A program made the position numbers and the translations under genes. A DNA stretch of 64,000 bases from Eubacteriales bacterium (GTDB taxonomy: Bacteria > Bacillota > Clostridia > Oscillospirales > CAG-272), in the NCBI GenBank assembly GCA_045538895.1, contig JAZQEH010000078.1, forward strand, positions 7,586-71,585. Direction: 5' to 3'. Below are positions 27,914 through 38,240 of this stretch, piece after piece; the first letter of the stretch is position 1; every line of letters starts with the position of its first letter. The notes beneath the pieces were generated by a model, which had not been told where the DNA came from, did not search any database, and saw only the letters and a program-made list of their open reading frames with translations.

Positions 27914-30328
27914 ATGAAGCATAATTTTAAAGAAATTGAATCAAAATGGCAGAAAAAGTGGGAAGATGCCCATGTTTTCGAGGCTAAAACCGATTACAGC
28001 AAGCCTAAGTTCTACGGTCTTGTTGAGTTTCCGTATCCCAGCGGTGCAGGTATGCACGTTGGTCATATAAAAGCATATTCCGGTCTTGAGGTTATTTCAA
28101 GAAAGAGAAGAATGCAAGGTTACAACGTTCTTTTTCCGATTGGATTTGACGCATACGGTCTTCCTACCGAAAACTATGCTATAAAGACAGGTATTCACCC
28201 AAGACAGGTTACCGATAACAATATCGAAAAATTCACTTCACAGCTTAAGCGTGTTGGCTTCTCATTCGATTGGAACAGAGTTGTTGATACTACAGAAGAA
28301 GGTTACTATAAGTGGACACAGTGGATTTTCCGCAAGATGTTTGATGCAGGGCTTGTTTTCCGTGCTACGACACTTGTAAACTATTGTCCGAGCTGTAAGG
28401 TTGTTCTTTCTAACGAGGATTCTCAGGGCGGTAAATGTGATATCTGTCATAGTGATATCGTTCAGAAGTCTAAAGACGTTTGGTATCTGAGAATTACCGA
28501 GTACGCTGACAAGCTTCTTCAGGGACTCGAAAAGGTAGATTATCTTCCTAACGTTAAACTCCAGCAGGAGAACTGGATCGGTCGTTCCGAGGGTGCTTTT
28601 GCAAATTTCAAGCTTGTACTTGGCGGTGAAGAAACAGAAGAAAGCCTCAGGATCTACACAACACGTCCCGATACCATGTTTGGTGTAACCTTTATGGTTA
28701 TTGCACCGGAACATCCTGTTATTGAAAAGTACCGTGACAAGATTGCCAATATTTCTGCACTTGACGCATACAAGGAAGAGTGTGCAAAGAAGACCGAGTT
28801 TGAACGTACCCAGCTTGTGAAAGAAAAGACAGGCGTTTGTATTGACGGTCTTTGTGCGGTAAATCCCGCAAACGGAAAGCAGATTCCGATTTATATTTCC
28901 GACTATGTTATGATGGGTTATGGTACCGGCGCTATTATGGCGGTGCCTGCTCATGATGAACGTGACTATGAGTTTGCAACCAAGTTCGGCATTGACATCG
29001 TTGAAGTTATCAAGGGCGGTGACATTTCCAAGGAAGCCTATACCGGTGACGGTGAAATGATTAACTCCGAGTTCTTAAACGGCATTACAACCAAAAAGGA
29101 AGCTATTGCAAAAATGCTTGAATTCCTTGCAGAAAAAGGTTGCGGCGAAAAGGGCATTCAGTATAAAATGAAAGACTGGGCGTTCAACCGTCAGCGTTAC
29201 TGGGGTGAGCCTATTCCGATTGTTCATTGTGAGAAGTGCGGCATGGTTGGCGTTCCTTATGAGGAGCTTCCGTTAAGACTTCCAAACGTTGAGAATTTTG
29301 CTCCCGGTGAGGGCGGTGAGAGTCCTCTTGCTAAAATTGAGTCTTATGTAAATTGTAAGTGTCCCAAGTGTGGCGGTGATGCTAAGAGAGAGACCGATAC
29401 AATGCCTCAGTGGGCTGGTTCATCATGGTATTTCCTCAGATACTGTGATCCGCACAACACCGAAAAATTTGCGTCAGAAGAGGATCTTAAATATTGGTTG
29501 CCTGTTGACTGGTATAATGGCGGTATGGAGCACGTAACACGTCACCTTATCTACTCAAGATTCTGGCATAGATTCCTTTATGATATTGGTGAGGTTCCGG
29601 TTGACGAGCCTTATGCAAAGAGAACCGCTCAGGGTCTTATTCTTGGTCCTGACGGTGATAAGATGTCAAAGTCAAAGGGCAATGTTGTAGACCCCAACGA
29701 TGTTGTTGACCAGTACGGTGCAGACGTACTTCGTGTATATACATTGTTTATGGGTGACTATGCATCTGCTGCTCCGTGGAACGAAAGCTCTGTTAAGGGA
29801 GTTAAACGTTTCCTTGACCGTGTTGCGGGTCTTTGCGACATTGCAAGCGGTAGCGGTGCAACCGCTAAACTTGAAACCTCCTTCCATAAGACCATTAAAA
29901 AGGTTTCTGAGGATATCGAGGATATGAAGTTTAATACTGCGATTGCTTCGATGATGACGCTTATCAATGAGATTTATGACTTTGGTTCACTTACAAACGA
30001 TGAACTCGGTGTGTTTGTAAGACTTCTTTGTCCGTATGCTCCGCATCTTTGCGAAGAGATTTGGGAGTTCCTTGGCAACAAAGAACTTTGTGCACTTGCA
30101 CCGTGGCCTGAATATGATGAAGCAAAGACTGTTGATAACACCATTGAAATTGCACTTCAGGTTAACGGCAAACTTCGTGGTACAATAACCGTTGCAACAG
30201 GTATTTCCAAGGACGATTTGCTTGCTGCCGCTAAGGCTGATGATAAGATCAAATCTATGATCGAAGGCAAGACAATCGTAAAAGAAATCGTCGTTCCGAA
30301 CAAAATTGTAAATATTGTTGTAAAATAA
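27914..30328 (+). CDS. leuS: Leucine--tRNA ligase
   Basis: FPYPSGAGMHVGH (HIGH-type) and KMSKSKGN, at the length typical of bacterial LeuRS. Confidence 0.98.
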   Translation: MKHNFKEIESKWQKKWEDAHVFEAKTDYSKPKFYGLVEFPYPSGAGMHVGHIKAYSGLEVISRKRRMQGYNVLFPIGFDAYGLPTENYAIKTGIHPRQVTDNNIEKFTSQLKRVGFSFDWNRVVDTTEEGYYKWTQWIFRKMFDAGLVFRATTLVNYCPSCKVVLSNEDSQGGKCDICHSDIVQKSKDVWYLRITEYADKLLQGLEKVDYLPNVKLQQENWIGRSEGAFANFKLVLGGEETEESLRIYTTRPDTMFGVTFMVIAPEHPVIEKYRDKIANISALDAYKEECAKKTEFERTQLVKEKTGVCIDGLCAVNPANGKQIPIYISDYVMMGYGTGAIMAVPAHDERDYEFATKFGIDIVEVIKGGDISKEAYTGDGEMINSEFLNGITTKKEAIAKMLEFLAEKGCGEKGIQYKMKDWAFNRQRYWGEPIPIVHCEKCGMVGVPYEELPLRLPNVENFAPGEGGESPLAKIESYVNCKCPKCGGDAKRETDTMPQWAGSSWYFLRYCDPHNTEKFASEEDLKYWLPVDWYNGGMEHVTRHLIYSRFWHRFLYDIGEVPVDEPYAKRTAQGLILGPDGDKMSKSKGNVVDPNDVVDQYGADVLRVYTLFMGDYASAAPWNESSVKGVKRFLDRVAGLCDIASGSGATAKLETSFHKTIKKVSEDIEDMKFNTAIASMMTLINEIYDFGSLTNDELGVFVRLLCPYAPHLCEEIWEFLGNKELCALAPWPEYDEAKTVDNTIEIALQVNGKLRGTITVATGISKDDLLAAAKADDKIKSMIEGKTIVKEIVVPNKIVNIVVK

Positions 30329-30350
30329 AACAAAAATTTTAAATTTTCTC

Positions 30351-30379
30351 TTGACTTTTTTAAGCAGAGAAGATATAAT
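30351..30379 (+). promoter_or_regulatory. Candidate sigma-A promoter for rpsU
   Basis: TTGACT, 17-nt spacer, TATAAT. Confidence 0.55.
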
Positions 30380-30433
30380 AAAGTGTATTTGTTTGTTGAG
30401 CACATGCTCAATGGCGAGGGGAGGGAAAATTCA

Positions 30434-30610
30434 ATGGCAGAAGTTAGAGTTAAAGAGAACGAATCTCTTGACAGTGCTCTTCGCCGCTTTAAGCGTCAGT
30501 GTGCAAGATCCGGTGTACTCACTGAGCTCCGTAAGAGAGAGCATTATGAGAAGCCCAGCGTAAAGCGTAAGAAGAAGTCTGAGGCCGCACGTAAGCGTAA
30601 GTACAAGTAA
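30434..30610 (+). CDS. rpsU: 30S ribosomal protein S21
   Basis: [28 protein letters not shown]..., with GGGGAGGG RBS upstream of the ATG at 30434. Confidence 0.95.
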   Translation: MAEVRVKENESLDSALRRFKRQCARSGVLTELRKREHYEKPSVKRKKKSEAARKRKYK

Positions 30611-30612
30611 TT

Positions 30613-30650
30613 AAAAAAACAGGGAAGCCAATCGGCTTCCCTATTTTTTT
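30613..30650. terminator. Bidirectional rho-independent terminator (rpsU / convergent hypothetical gene)
   Basis: AGGGAAGCC-aatc-GGCTTCCCT flanked by AAAAAAA upstream and TTTTTTT downstream. Confidence 0.8.
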
Positions 30651-31089
30651 ATTGTAATACGCTTTTTGCAAGTTCTTTGCCTTGGCTTATGAATCTTTCG
30701 TCAAGTGCATCTTCAAACATCATGGTCGGACATGTGAAGTGTACGAGAAGCGATTCCCACAATACTTTATCTTCGCCCAAAAATCCGATTGCACATGCCT
30801 CTTTACAAGTTTCAGCGGTTTCTGTAATTTGGCGGAAGTGGGTATAGGCTGTAACGTAGTCTTCGTCTATTCTTGTTGAAAAATGTTCGTCATAATATCT
30901 GCGGCGGATTGAGCCGTCAAAATAATCAAGTGCGGTCTTTAAAGTTTCAAGTATAACAGATTCTTCGCTTCTGTCGGTTACTTTTCCACAACGCTTATAA
31001 ACGTTAAAATTCTGATGATTGTAAAACATAAACGACCACGCAACGGTGTTTTCCTGCTTTACAGTTTCGATATAAAGCTTGTATACCAT
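30649..31089 (-). CDS. Hypothetical 146-aa protein, translationally coupled to the upstream FkbM-family gene
   Basis: The ATG at 31089 is preceded by AAGGAG at 6-nt spacing and lies 2 nt after the upstream TAG. I found no recognisable motifs. Confidence 0.6.
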   Translation of the reverse strand: MVYKLYIETVKQENTVAWSFMFYNHQNFNVYKRCGKVTDRSEESVILETLKTALDYFDGSIRRRYYDEHFSTRIDEDYVTAYTHFRQITETAETCKEACAIGFLGEDKVLWESLLVHFTCPTMMFEDALDERFISQGKELAKSVLQ

Positions 31090-31091
31090 AG

Positions 31092-32174
31092 CTAACTCCT
31101 TTTTAAAGCATATAAATTTATATCCCATGCGGGAACATATTCAAATCTACGTAGGTACAGTTTGTAGTCAGGAAAAAGTTCGTGCACAAGTTCTGGAAGA
31201 ACAAACAGGTCTTCGCTTCGGTGATAAAGAGAAATCAGCATATCCGGCTCGGATTGTTTTATTGTTATAACAGAACCTTTGAGGGCTTCTTTTTCGGCTC
31301 CTTCTACATCATATTTAATATAGTCGCAAGATGCATTTATACTGTCAACAGTGTTCAGCGTAACGGGTTCGGTCTTTTTCAGGTTTTGTGTACCGATTCC
31401 GGAATTGCGATTGCCGCCGACTGTAAACTCTGCAACTTCGTATTTATCCCAAGTGCCGAAATTAAGGGGAATAACTTTAGCTTTCGTTTCTGTTTCCGCA
31501 TAAGCCGATAACTTTTTAAAATTCTTTCTATCAGGTTCGATAGCAAATATTGTTTTAGCATTCTTGCAGTCGGAAATGAATTTTCTTGCTGTGTCGCCGT
31601 TGTAGGCACCGGCATCAATAAATGTTTCGTATTTATCAAAGTTCAGCAGACTTTTTTCACAGTCGCTACTGCTGATGGCTGCTTTCAAATATGAAATCTT
31701 ACCGGTGATTTTGTAGCGTATAATGTTTGAATAAAGCACTTTTGATTCGTCATCGCTAAGCAAATTGTATACATGTTCGAACCGTGCAAAGTTTTCTTTG
31801 TAAAAATCAAGTGTGAACAGTGTTTCACCGCACACAGGAACATCAGGAGCGTACAGTTCGTAATTATCTGCAATAGTGTAGATGTTATTTAGCACATCAG
31901 GCAGTGAAGAACCAAATGAAACAAGGACGATGAAGTCGGTATATTTCTCTTTGATAGCGGAAAATGATAAAACTGTTTTTTCGTGAAATACTTGTCCGCG
32001 AACAAATCCGTCACTTGCAAAGAAATCAGCTATTTCTATGTTGTGCTTTTCTAATACCGCTATAATTTTATCGGCACCGTTGCCCATGCCGTACATAACG
32101 ATAGGTTTTTTAGCGGAGGCGAGGTATTGCCATAAATCCATATTGAATTCGGAGAAATGCGGAAGATGGGACAT
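31092..32174 (-). CDS. FkbM-family SAM-dependent methyltransferase with an N-terminal Rossmann-like extension
   Basis: FIDAGAYNGDTARKF (SAM motif I), IFAIEPDRKNFKKL, and IKYDVEGAEKEAL typical of the FkbM family. Confidence 0.8.
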   Translation of the reverse strand: MSHLPHFSEFNMDLWQYLASAKKPIVMYGMGNGADKIIAVLEKHNIEIADFFASDGFVRGQVFHEKTVLSFSAIKEKYTDFIVLVSFGSSLPDVLNNIYTIADNYELYAPDVPVCGETLFTLDFYKENFARFEHVYNLLSDDESKVLYSNIIRYKITGKISYLKAAISSSDCEKSLLNFDKYETFIDAGAYNGDTARKFISDCKNAKTIFAIEPDRKNFKKLSAYAETETKAKVIPLNFGTWDKYEVAEFTVGGNRNSGIGTQNLKKTEPVTLNTVDSINASCDYIKYDVEGAEKEALKGSVITIKQSEPDMLISLYHRSEDLFVLPELVHELFPDYKLYLRRFEYVPAWDINLYALKRS

Positions 32175-32249
32175 ATCTGTTTTGCCTCCTTGATTTTTTT
32201 AATAAAGTGTGCTAAACTCAAATTATAAAGCAGAAAGGATGATTTTTAA

Positions 32250-32591
32250 ATGGATTGCTTGTTTTGTAAAATAGTTAACGGAGAGATTCCGTCCAAAAAA
32301 GTTTATGAAGATGAAAATGTTTATGCGTTTTATGATATTAATCCGCAAGCACCCGTACACGTTGTTGTTATACCCAAAAACCATATCGCAGCATGTGCAG
32401 ATGAAATCAGCGAAAGCAACAGTGCGGTTATAGCAAAGCTTTTCGAGGCAATTCCCGCGGTTGCAAAGGCGGCGGGAATAACCAACGGCTACCGCATCGT
32501 AAATAATTGCGGAGAGGACGCTTGCCAGTCGGTAAAGCACATTCATTTTCATGTGCTTGGCGGCAAAAAACTCTCCGAAACTATGGCATAA
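32250..32591 (+). CDS. hinT: Histidine triad (HIT) nucleotide-binding protein
   Basis: CLFCKIV..., HVVVIPK, and the histidine triad HIHFHVLGG. Confidence 0.92.
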   Translation: MDCLFCKIVNGEIPSKKVYEDENVYAFYDINPQAPVHVVVIPKNHIAACADEISESNSAVIAKLFEAIPAVAKAAGITNGYRIVNNCGEDACQSVKHIHFHVLGGKKLSETMA

Positions 32592-32598
32592 ACAATTT

Positions 32599-32628
32599 CG
32601 GTCACGGAAAAACCGTGACCGTTTTTTT
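32599..32628. terminator. Rho-independent terminator between convergent HIT and aspartate kinase genes
   Basis: CGGTCACGG-aaaaa-CCGTGACCG followed by TTTTTTT. Confidence 0.8.
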
Positions 32629-33943
32629 ATTTAACAAATTCTTCGTAAATTGCACGCAAAGCATTTTCATAATCGTGTTCTTCAACACCGATAATGATGT
32701 TAAGCTCACTTGAGCCCTGGTCAACAATGCGAACGTTTATGTTTGCGTTAGTCAATGCGTTAAATACACGTGCCGCAGTACCTTTAGAACGAATCATACC
32801 TCTACCAACGATAGCGATAAGTGCAAGACCGTCTTCGATTGAAACTGCATCAGGAGTGGTCTTGAAGCAAATCTCACGAACGATTTTGTCACGCATCGAA
32901 TCAATACAGGATGTATTTACAACAACGCTCATGGTGTCAATGCCGGAGGGGAGATGCTCGAAAGGAACATTACATTCTTCAAGTACAGAAAGCACTTTTC
33001 TTCCAAAACCGATTTCTGCATTCATCATATCCTTTTCGATATTGATTACAGAAAGTCCTTTTTTGCCGGCTACACCGGTAATTACGTTTTCGGAAGAATA
33101 CTCAGCAGTGGTAGAAACAATCATCGTACCGGGGTCGGTAGGAATGTTGGTATTTTTAATGTTAATCGGAATTCCTGCAAAACGGACAGGGAAGATTGCG
33201 TCCTCGTGAAGAACTGTTGCGCCCATATAAGAAAGCTCGCGAAGTTCTCTATAGGTGATTGTTTCGATTGCTTTAGGATTATCAACGATTCTTGGGTCAG
33301 CCATAAGGAAGCCGGAAACGTCGGTCCAGTTTTCATAAATATCTGCATTTACGGCACGTGCAACAATGGAGCCTGTGATGTCGGAGCCGCCACGAGAGAA
33401 TGTTTTGATTGTGCCGTTAGGCATTGAACCGTAAAAACCGGGGATAACGGCGTGCTTGTGGTTGCGAAGAATAGCAGAAAGTGTTACGTTAGTACGCTCT
33501 GCATCATAGCTACCGTTTTCTTGGAAGAAGATTACACTTGCCGCATCAATGAAATCAAAACCGAGGTAATTTGCAAGAATAATGCCGTTTAAGTATTCAC
33601 CGCGGCTTGCAGCATAATCGCGACCGGGACGATGGGAAAAGGCACTTTTGATACGGTCATATTCTTTTGTCATATCCAAAGAAAGACCGAGACCGGAAAT
33701 AATCGCTTCATAGCGATCGATAATTTTATCAAAATCTGCTTCGAAGTCATCGCCGTTCATGGCCTTTTCAAAGCAGGAATAAAGCATGTCGGTAACTTTT
33801 GTATCATCCTTGAAGCGTTTGCCCGGTGCAGATGGCACTACATAACGTCTGGCAGGATCTTCGTGAATAATATCGGCAACTTTTTTGAACTGCTCGGCAT
33901 CTGCCAAGGAAGAGCCGCCGAATTTAATAACTTTAACTTGCAT
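32627..33943 (-). CDS. lysC: Aspartate kinase
   Basis: MQVKVIKFGGSSLAD N-terminus, SRGGSDITG, and C-terminal ACT repeats. The ATG at 33943 is preceded by AAGGAG. Confidence 0.92.
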   Translation of the reverse strand: MQVKVIKFGGSSLADAEQFKKVADIIHEDPARRYVVPSAPGKRFKDDTKVTDMLYSCFEKAMNGDDFEADFDKIIDRYEAIISGLGLSLDMTKEYDRIKSAFSHRPGRDYAASRGEYLNGIILANYLGFDFIDAASVIFFQENGSYDAERTNVTLSAILRNHKHAVIPGFYGSMPNGTIKTFSRGGSDITGSIVARAVNADIYENWTDVSGFLMADPRIVDNPKAIETITYRELRELSYMGATVLHEDAIFPVRFAGIPINIKNTNIPTDPGTMIVSTTAEYSSENVITGVAGKKGLSVINIEKDMMNAEIGFGRKVLSVLEECNVPFEHLPSGIDTMSVVVNTSCIDSMRDKIVREICFKTTPDAVSIEDGLALIAIVGRGMIRSKGTAARVFNALTNANINVRIVDQGSSELNIIIGVEEHDYENALRAIYEEFVK

Positions 33944-33998
33944 TTTGTTCTCCTTGCTGGGACTGAATGAAAAATTAATATACAAAATATACTAATAT

Positions 33999-34027
33999 AT
34001 TATATGCTTGCATTTTTCATCTGTCAA
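33999..34027 (-). promoter_or_regulatory. Consensus sigma-A promoter for aspartate kinase
   Basis: Minus strand: TTGACA, 17-nt spacer, TATAAT (a perfect consensus), about 55 nt upstream of the start. Confidence 0.6.
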
Positions 34028-34034
34028 GAAAAAT

Positions 34035-35873
34035 TTAAGTGTTTTCGAGGTATTTTTCAGCTTGTAAAGTAAAGAGATTATAATACGCTCCCTCTTTTTC
34101 CATCAGCTCTTTATGATTGCCACGTTCAAGCACTTTGCCGTTTTGCATTACGATGATTTCGTCAGCGGCAGTTGCGCTTGAAAGACGGTGAGATACAAAC
34201 AGCGTGGTTTTGCCTTGACGAAGTGTATCAAATTGCTTGAAAATTTCAGCTTCGGCAATAGGGTCCAGAGAGGCTGTGGGCTCGTCAAGAATAAGGAATT
34301 CAGCATCTTTGTAAAAAGCACGTGCAATTGAAATCTTCTGCCACTGACCAATGGAGAGGTCTATGGCATCGTTGTCAAAGAAGCGGATTAATGGGGTGTC
34401 ATAGCCTTTGGGCAAAGAGTTGATGTAATCATGAATGCCGCTTTGTTCTGCCGCAAATATAAGCCTGTCGGTGTTTTCTTCACGATGAATATCGCCAAAA
34501 AGAATGTTTTCTTTAGCAGTAACTGCATATTTAGAAAAATCCTGAAATACGATGCCAAACATCGCATAAAGCGCCTTTACATCATAGTTTCTGATATCTT
34601 GACCGTCAAGCAGGATTACGCCGTTTGTGGGGTCATAAAGACGTGTCATAAGTTTTATCAGAGTGGTTTTTCCTGCACCGTTAAGACCGACCAGGGCATA
34701 AGATTTTCCGCCTTGCAAGGTTAAATTCAAATCTTTGATTATAAGGCGGTCGGTGCCGGGGTATGCGAATGAAACATTGCGGAATTCCAAAGTGTGGGCA
34801 ATGTTCTTTTGCGGCACTATAGCGGGAATGCACTTAGGTACAATTTGCGGTTTTACTTCCATAAACTCAATCATGTTATCAATGAAAAGTGTACCCTCAT
34901 ATACTTTTGATGAGTTTGTAACAATTCCTGAGATGCTTGTAAGAACAGAAGTTAAAGCTGTTGAGTAAAGGGAATAGTCTCCGACCTCCATACCGTCAAA
35001 GCATACCTTGTATGCAACGAATAAAAAGAAGCATGCATTAAACAATGTGGAAACAATGTAAACAACCATATGCAAAACACTTTCACGTATATAAATACGT
35101 TTTAGTCCTGCAAAATAGTTTGCAAATGTTCTCTTGTATCTTTCGATAAACGATTGGTGCAGGTCAAGGAGTTTAACTTCCTTGTTGAAGTTTTTATCAG
35201 TAAGCACGTGAGTGCAATAGTTCATCTTGCGACGGTCGGTTGTATGGTCTTTTATGTATCTGAAGGTGATTTTTTTATATGCGAAGTTGACAACCGCAGA
35301 GGGAAGAGCAAACAGGATGAGAATAAACGGTATAAGTGGGTTCAATGTGCCAAGAGTTATTACGAAGCTGACGGAGCTAATAATGCTGCTGAAAAGCGAC
35401 AGAGTGGAGTTCAATATGGTGATGGGGCGGCTTGATGCTTCTCGGTTTGCGTTTTCAAGTTTTTCATAAAAGTCCGGCAAATCGAAATTAGCAAGGTCGA
35501 TTTCCTCGGTTTTGCGAGCAATTTTGAGTTTTATATGATTTGTTACCATTTCACCTGAAAGTGTGGTAAGCGTGCTTTTAAGCTGTGTGGAAAAACGGGA
35601 TAAAATCAAATAAAGAAATTGCAAAATCAGGAGGTTCATGACATTTGATAAAGCATCCCATGAACCGGCACCGATTATTTTTACCAACTCATTTATCAGA
35701 CGGCTTGCGATATACACATTCATCAGCGGCAGAATACCATCAAGAATACTGATGAATACCATACCCAAAAGCAACATAAAGCTGGTTTCTTTTACAAGTT
35801 TTAAAATGTATAACAGATGATATACAGTGCTTTTTAACTTTTTAAAAAGCGGAATTCTTTCTTTGTTTTTCAA
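34035..35873 (-). CDS. ABC transporter, fused permease/ATPase (MsbA/multidrug exporter type)
   Basis: Six-TM N-terminal half, Walker A GLNGAGKTT, signature LSIGQWQK, Walker B FLILDEPT. Confidence 0.92.
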   Translation of the reverse strand: MKNKERIPLFKKLKSTVYHLLYILKLVKETSFMLLLGMVFISILDGILPLMNVYIASRLINELVKIIGAGSWDALSNVMNLLILQFLYLILSRFSTQLKSTLTTLSGEMVTNHIKLKIARKTEEIDLANFDLPDFYEKLENANREASSRPITILNSTLSLFSSIISSVSFVITLGTLNPLIPFILILFALPSAVVNFAYKKITFRYIKDHTTDRRKMNYCTHVLTDKNFNKEVKLLDLHQSFIERYKRTFANYFAGLKRIYIRESVLHMVVYIVSTLFNACFFLFVAYKVCFDGMEVGDYSLYSTALTSVLTSISGIVTNSSKVYEGTLFIDNMIEFMEVKPQIVPKCIPAIVPQKNIAHTLEFRNVSFAYPGTDRLIIKDLNLTLQGGKSYALVGLNGAGKTTLIKLMTRLYDPTNGVILLDGQDIRNYDVKALYAMFGIVFQDFSKYAVTAKENILFGDIHREENTDRLIFAAEQSGIHDYINSLPKGYDTPLIRFFDNDAIDLSIGQWQKISIARAFYKDAEFLILDEPTASLDPIAEAEIFKQFDTLRQGKTTLFVSHRLSSATAADEIIVMQNGKVLERGNHKELMEKEGAYYNLFTLQAEKYLENT

Positions 35874-36009
35874 TACGGTTTACCTACCTGAAAATAAAAT
35901 ATATTTATTATAACACTTATTTGAAAATTTTACAATAATATATTTTAATCTTGAAAAAAAGTGTAAGTTGGTATAGAATAATCTCGTAAATCCCAAAGGA
36001 GAAAGAATA

Positions 36010-37245
36010 ATGAGAAATATTTTTTCAGAAGCAGATATTCTGTTGCCTAAATTTATAGATGATGCCAAAAAGGCTGAAAAGTGGGCGGTGGTTGCATGCG
36101 ACCAGTTTACCAGCGAGCCGGAATACTGGCATAAAGCCTATGAAGTTGCAGGAGATGAACCGAGTATTATAAATATAATCCTACCTGAAGTTTTTTTGTC
36201 GGAAGGTACAGCGGATAGACTTTCAAAAATCTCTGAGTGTATGAACAAATATAAATGTGAAGTTCTTGAAGAGCATGCGAACACACTTATATACATACGC
36301 AGAAAACAATCTGACGGCAGAATACGTAGCGGCATTGTCGGAAAAATTGATTTAGAGGAGTACGATTATTCTGTTGGCTCGAAGTCTGCGGTAAGGGCTA
36401 CAGAGGGAACTGTGCTTGAACGCATTCCTCCGAGGGTGGCGGTACGCCGTGCGGCGGTAATTGAGTCTCCTCACATAATGTTGTTAATTGATGATAAGAA
36501 AAAAAGTATAATCGAGTCACTTGCTAAGGAAGAAACAATGCAAAAGATTTATGACTTTGATTTAATGCTTGGTGGGGGACATATCGAGGGATATGCACTT
36601 AGTTGTGATCAATCAAAAGCGGTTTTGGAAAAACTTGCGTGCATGTTTGAAGAAAACAACGGCACAATTAAATTTGCTGTCGGTGACGGCAATCATTCGC
36701 TTGCCAGTGCAAAGGCAAGATATGAGGAACTGAAAGCGGAAATAGGTGTAGATAATGCACGAAAGCATCCTTTGCGTTATGCGCTGTGCGAGGTTGTAAA
36801 CCTTCATGACAGTGCCCTTGATTTTGAACCCATATACAGACTTGTCAGAACCGTTGATAAGCAGAAACTATTATCTGCACTTGAGGCTTACGGAAAGAAC
36901 TGCGACAACGGCAAGCAGAGTGTAAAATGTATTTTTGACGGCACTGAACGTATCATTAATCTTGGTGCCGGTACACATTCGCTTACGGTTGGTACATTGC
37001 AGACTTTTTTGGATAACTATAAAAAAGAAAACAGTGATGTAGAAATTGACTACATACACGGTATTGATTCAATAAAGAAACTTGCTTGCGATAAGGACGC
37101 AATAGGTTTCGTGTTTGATGGAATGAAAAAGGAAGAACTTTTTGATGCCGTTGAAAAAGACGGGGCTTTGCCGAGAAAGACATTTTCTATGGGAGAAGCG
37201 AGAGATAAACGTTACTATATTGAGTGCCGTAATATTGCAGAATAG
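36010..37245 (+). CDS. DUF1015-family protein
   Basis: 411 aa with an N-terminal ADILLPK...VVACDQFTSEP pattern. The length and overall pattern match my recollection of DUF1015. Function unknown. Confidence 0.7.
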   Translation: MRNIFSEADILLPKFIDDAKKAEKWAVVACDQFTSEPEYWHKAYEVAGDEPSIINIILPEVFLSEGTADRLSKISECMNKYKCEVLEEHANTLIYIRRKQSDGRIRSGIVGKIDLEEYDYSVGSKSAVRATEGTVLERIPPRVAVRRAAVIESPHIMLLIDDKKKSIIESLAKEETMQKIYDFDLMLGGGHIEGYALSCDQSKAVLEKLACMFEENNGTIKFAVGDGNHSLASAKARYEELKAEIGVDNARKHPLRYALCEVVNLHDSALDFEPIYRLVRTVDKQKLLSALEAYGKNCDNGKQSVKCIFDGTERIINLGAGTHSLTVGTLQTFLDNYKKENSDVEIDYIHGIDSIKKLACDKDAIGFVFDGMKKEELFDAVEKDGALPRKTFSMGEARDKRYYIECRNIAE

Positions 37246-37260
37246 AACAAAACAAGACTT

Positions 37261-37296
37261 AAACCGAACGGGATTTTTTTCGTTCGGTTTTTCTTT
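37261..37296 (+). terminator. Rho-independent terminator after the DUF1015 gene
   Basis: AAACCGAACG...CGTTCGGTTT stem followed by a T-run. Confidence 0.8.
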
Positions 37297-37378
37297 TTAT
37301 TTAATGTCAAAATAATTGCTCAAAAGCCGACACCGTTTTGAATTGGTTTGTATTAAAATATCGCCGGAGGGATCAAAA

Positions 37379-38233
37379 GTGGTAAGGGTTTTGTATGGCG
37401 ATGTTTTGCTTTTAATAGATTTTTGTATGAATTTTTTTGTATTATATACGTCTTCATTGGTTTTGCGGCGCAGAGTGAAAGCCGTTTGCATAGCGGGTGC
37501 ATCTGCTATAGGTGGAGTTTATAGCGTTGCCAAGGTTTTTGTCAGCGGTAATGACGTAGTAGATTGTATTATAAGTTTACTTGTTGGATTACTGATGTGT
37601 TATATTTGTTTTGGGTTGTATAGTTTTTTGAAAACTGCAGTTGTGTTTTTTGGCATTGCTTCACTTGTCGGCGGAATAATGATTGCCACGTACTTCTTTC
37701 TTGGCAGTTATCATAAGGATATATACGGTAACTTGTACGATTATACATATTCACATGTACCGCTATGGTTATTTACCGTTCTGGCAGCGGTCAGTATGCT
37801 TATTTCATGGATATTTACCTATATAGGCAGAGAAAGAACGGATAAGCAGGAAGAAACTGCTACACTCGTTTTCGGTAAAAAAAGTTTAGCTGTTAAACTA
37901 CTACTTGATTCAGGGAACTTGATAAAAGAACCGATAAGCGGAAAATATGTTGTTTTGTTAGGGCGTGGCAAGGCAAAAACACTGCTGGGCGAGGAACTTT
38001 TCAAGGCAATAACCGAAAAGAATACTGAACTTCTGTTGGCTAATAATTTCAGGATCGTTTGCGTAAAAGGAATAGACGGAGAAAAAAGGATGTATTACGG
38101 ATTTTTGCCGGATGGTTTCTATATTGAAAAAGGAAACTGCCGGCTTGAACTTGATGCTTATGTGGCGGTATGCGATACAGCGGTCCTATTTGACAAATGC
38201 GACGGTCTTGCACATCCGTCAGCGGTATTGTGA
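37379..38233 (+). CDS. spoIIGA: Sigma-E processing aspartic peptidase SpoIIGA
   Basis: The GTG at 37379 lies 7 nt after GGAGGG. N-terminus is [17 protein letters not shown], followed by five TM helices and the catalytic LLDSGN motif. Directly precedes sigE. Confidence 0.88.
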   Translation: MVRVLYGDVLLLIDFCMNFFVLYTSSLVLRRRVKAVCIAGASAIGGVYSVAKVFVSGNDVVDCIISLLVGLLMCYICFGLYSFLKTAVVFFGIASLVGGIMIATYFFLGSYHKDIYGNLYDYTYSHVPLWLFTVLAAVSMLISWIFTYIGRERTDKQEETATLVFGKKSLAVKLLLDSGNLIKEPISGKYVVLLGRGKAKTLLGEELFKAITEKNTELLLANNFRIVCVKGIDGEKRMYYGFLPDGFYIEKGNCRLELDAYVAVCDTAVLFDKCDGLAHPSAVL

Positions 38234-38240
38234 GGTAATT

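Noticed and set aside
30396-30411. Small hairpin TTGAGCA-ca-TGCTCAA in the rpsU 5' UTR.
   Set aside because: It is only a 6-7 bp stem with a minimal loop and has no T-tract or known S21 leader signature. That is insufficient to call a regulatory RNA.
30649-32174. Interpretation of the FkbM cassette as a recently acquired genomic islet.
   Set aside because: There are no flanking direct repeats, integrase or tRNA. A spot count (26 G+C in 31201-31260, ~43%) looks like the rest of the window. Only the inverted orientation hints at insertion, so I kept it as a functional-unknown finding rather than a mobile element.
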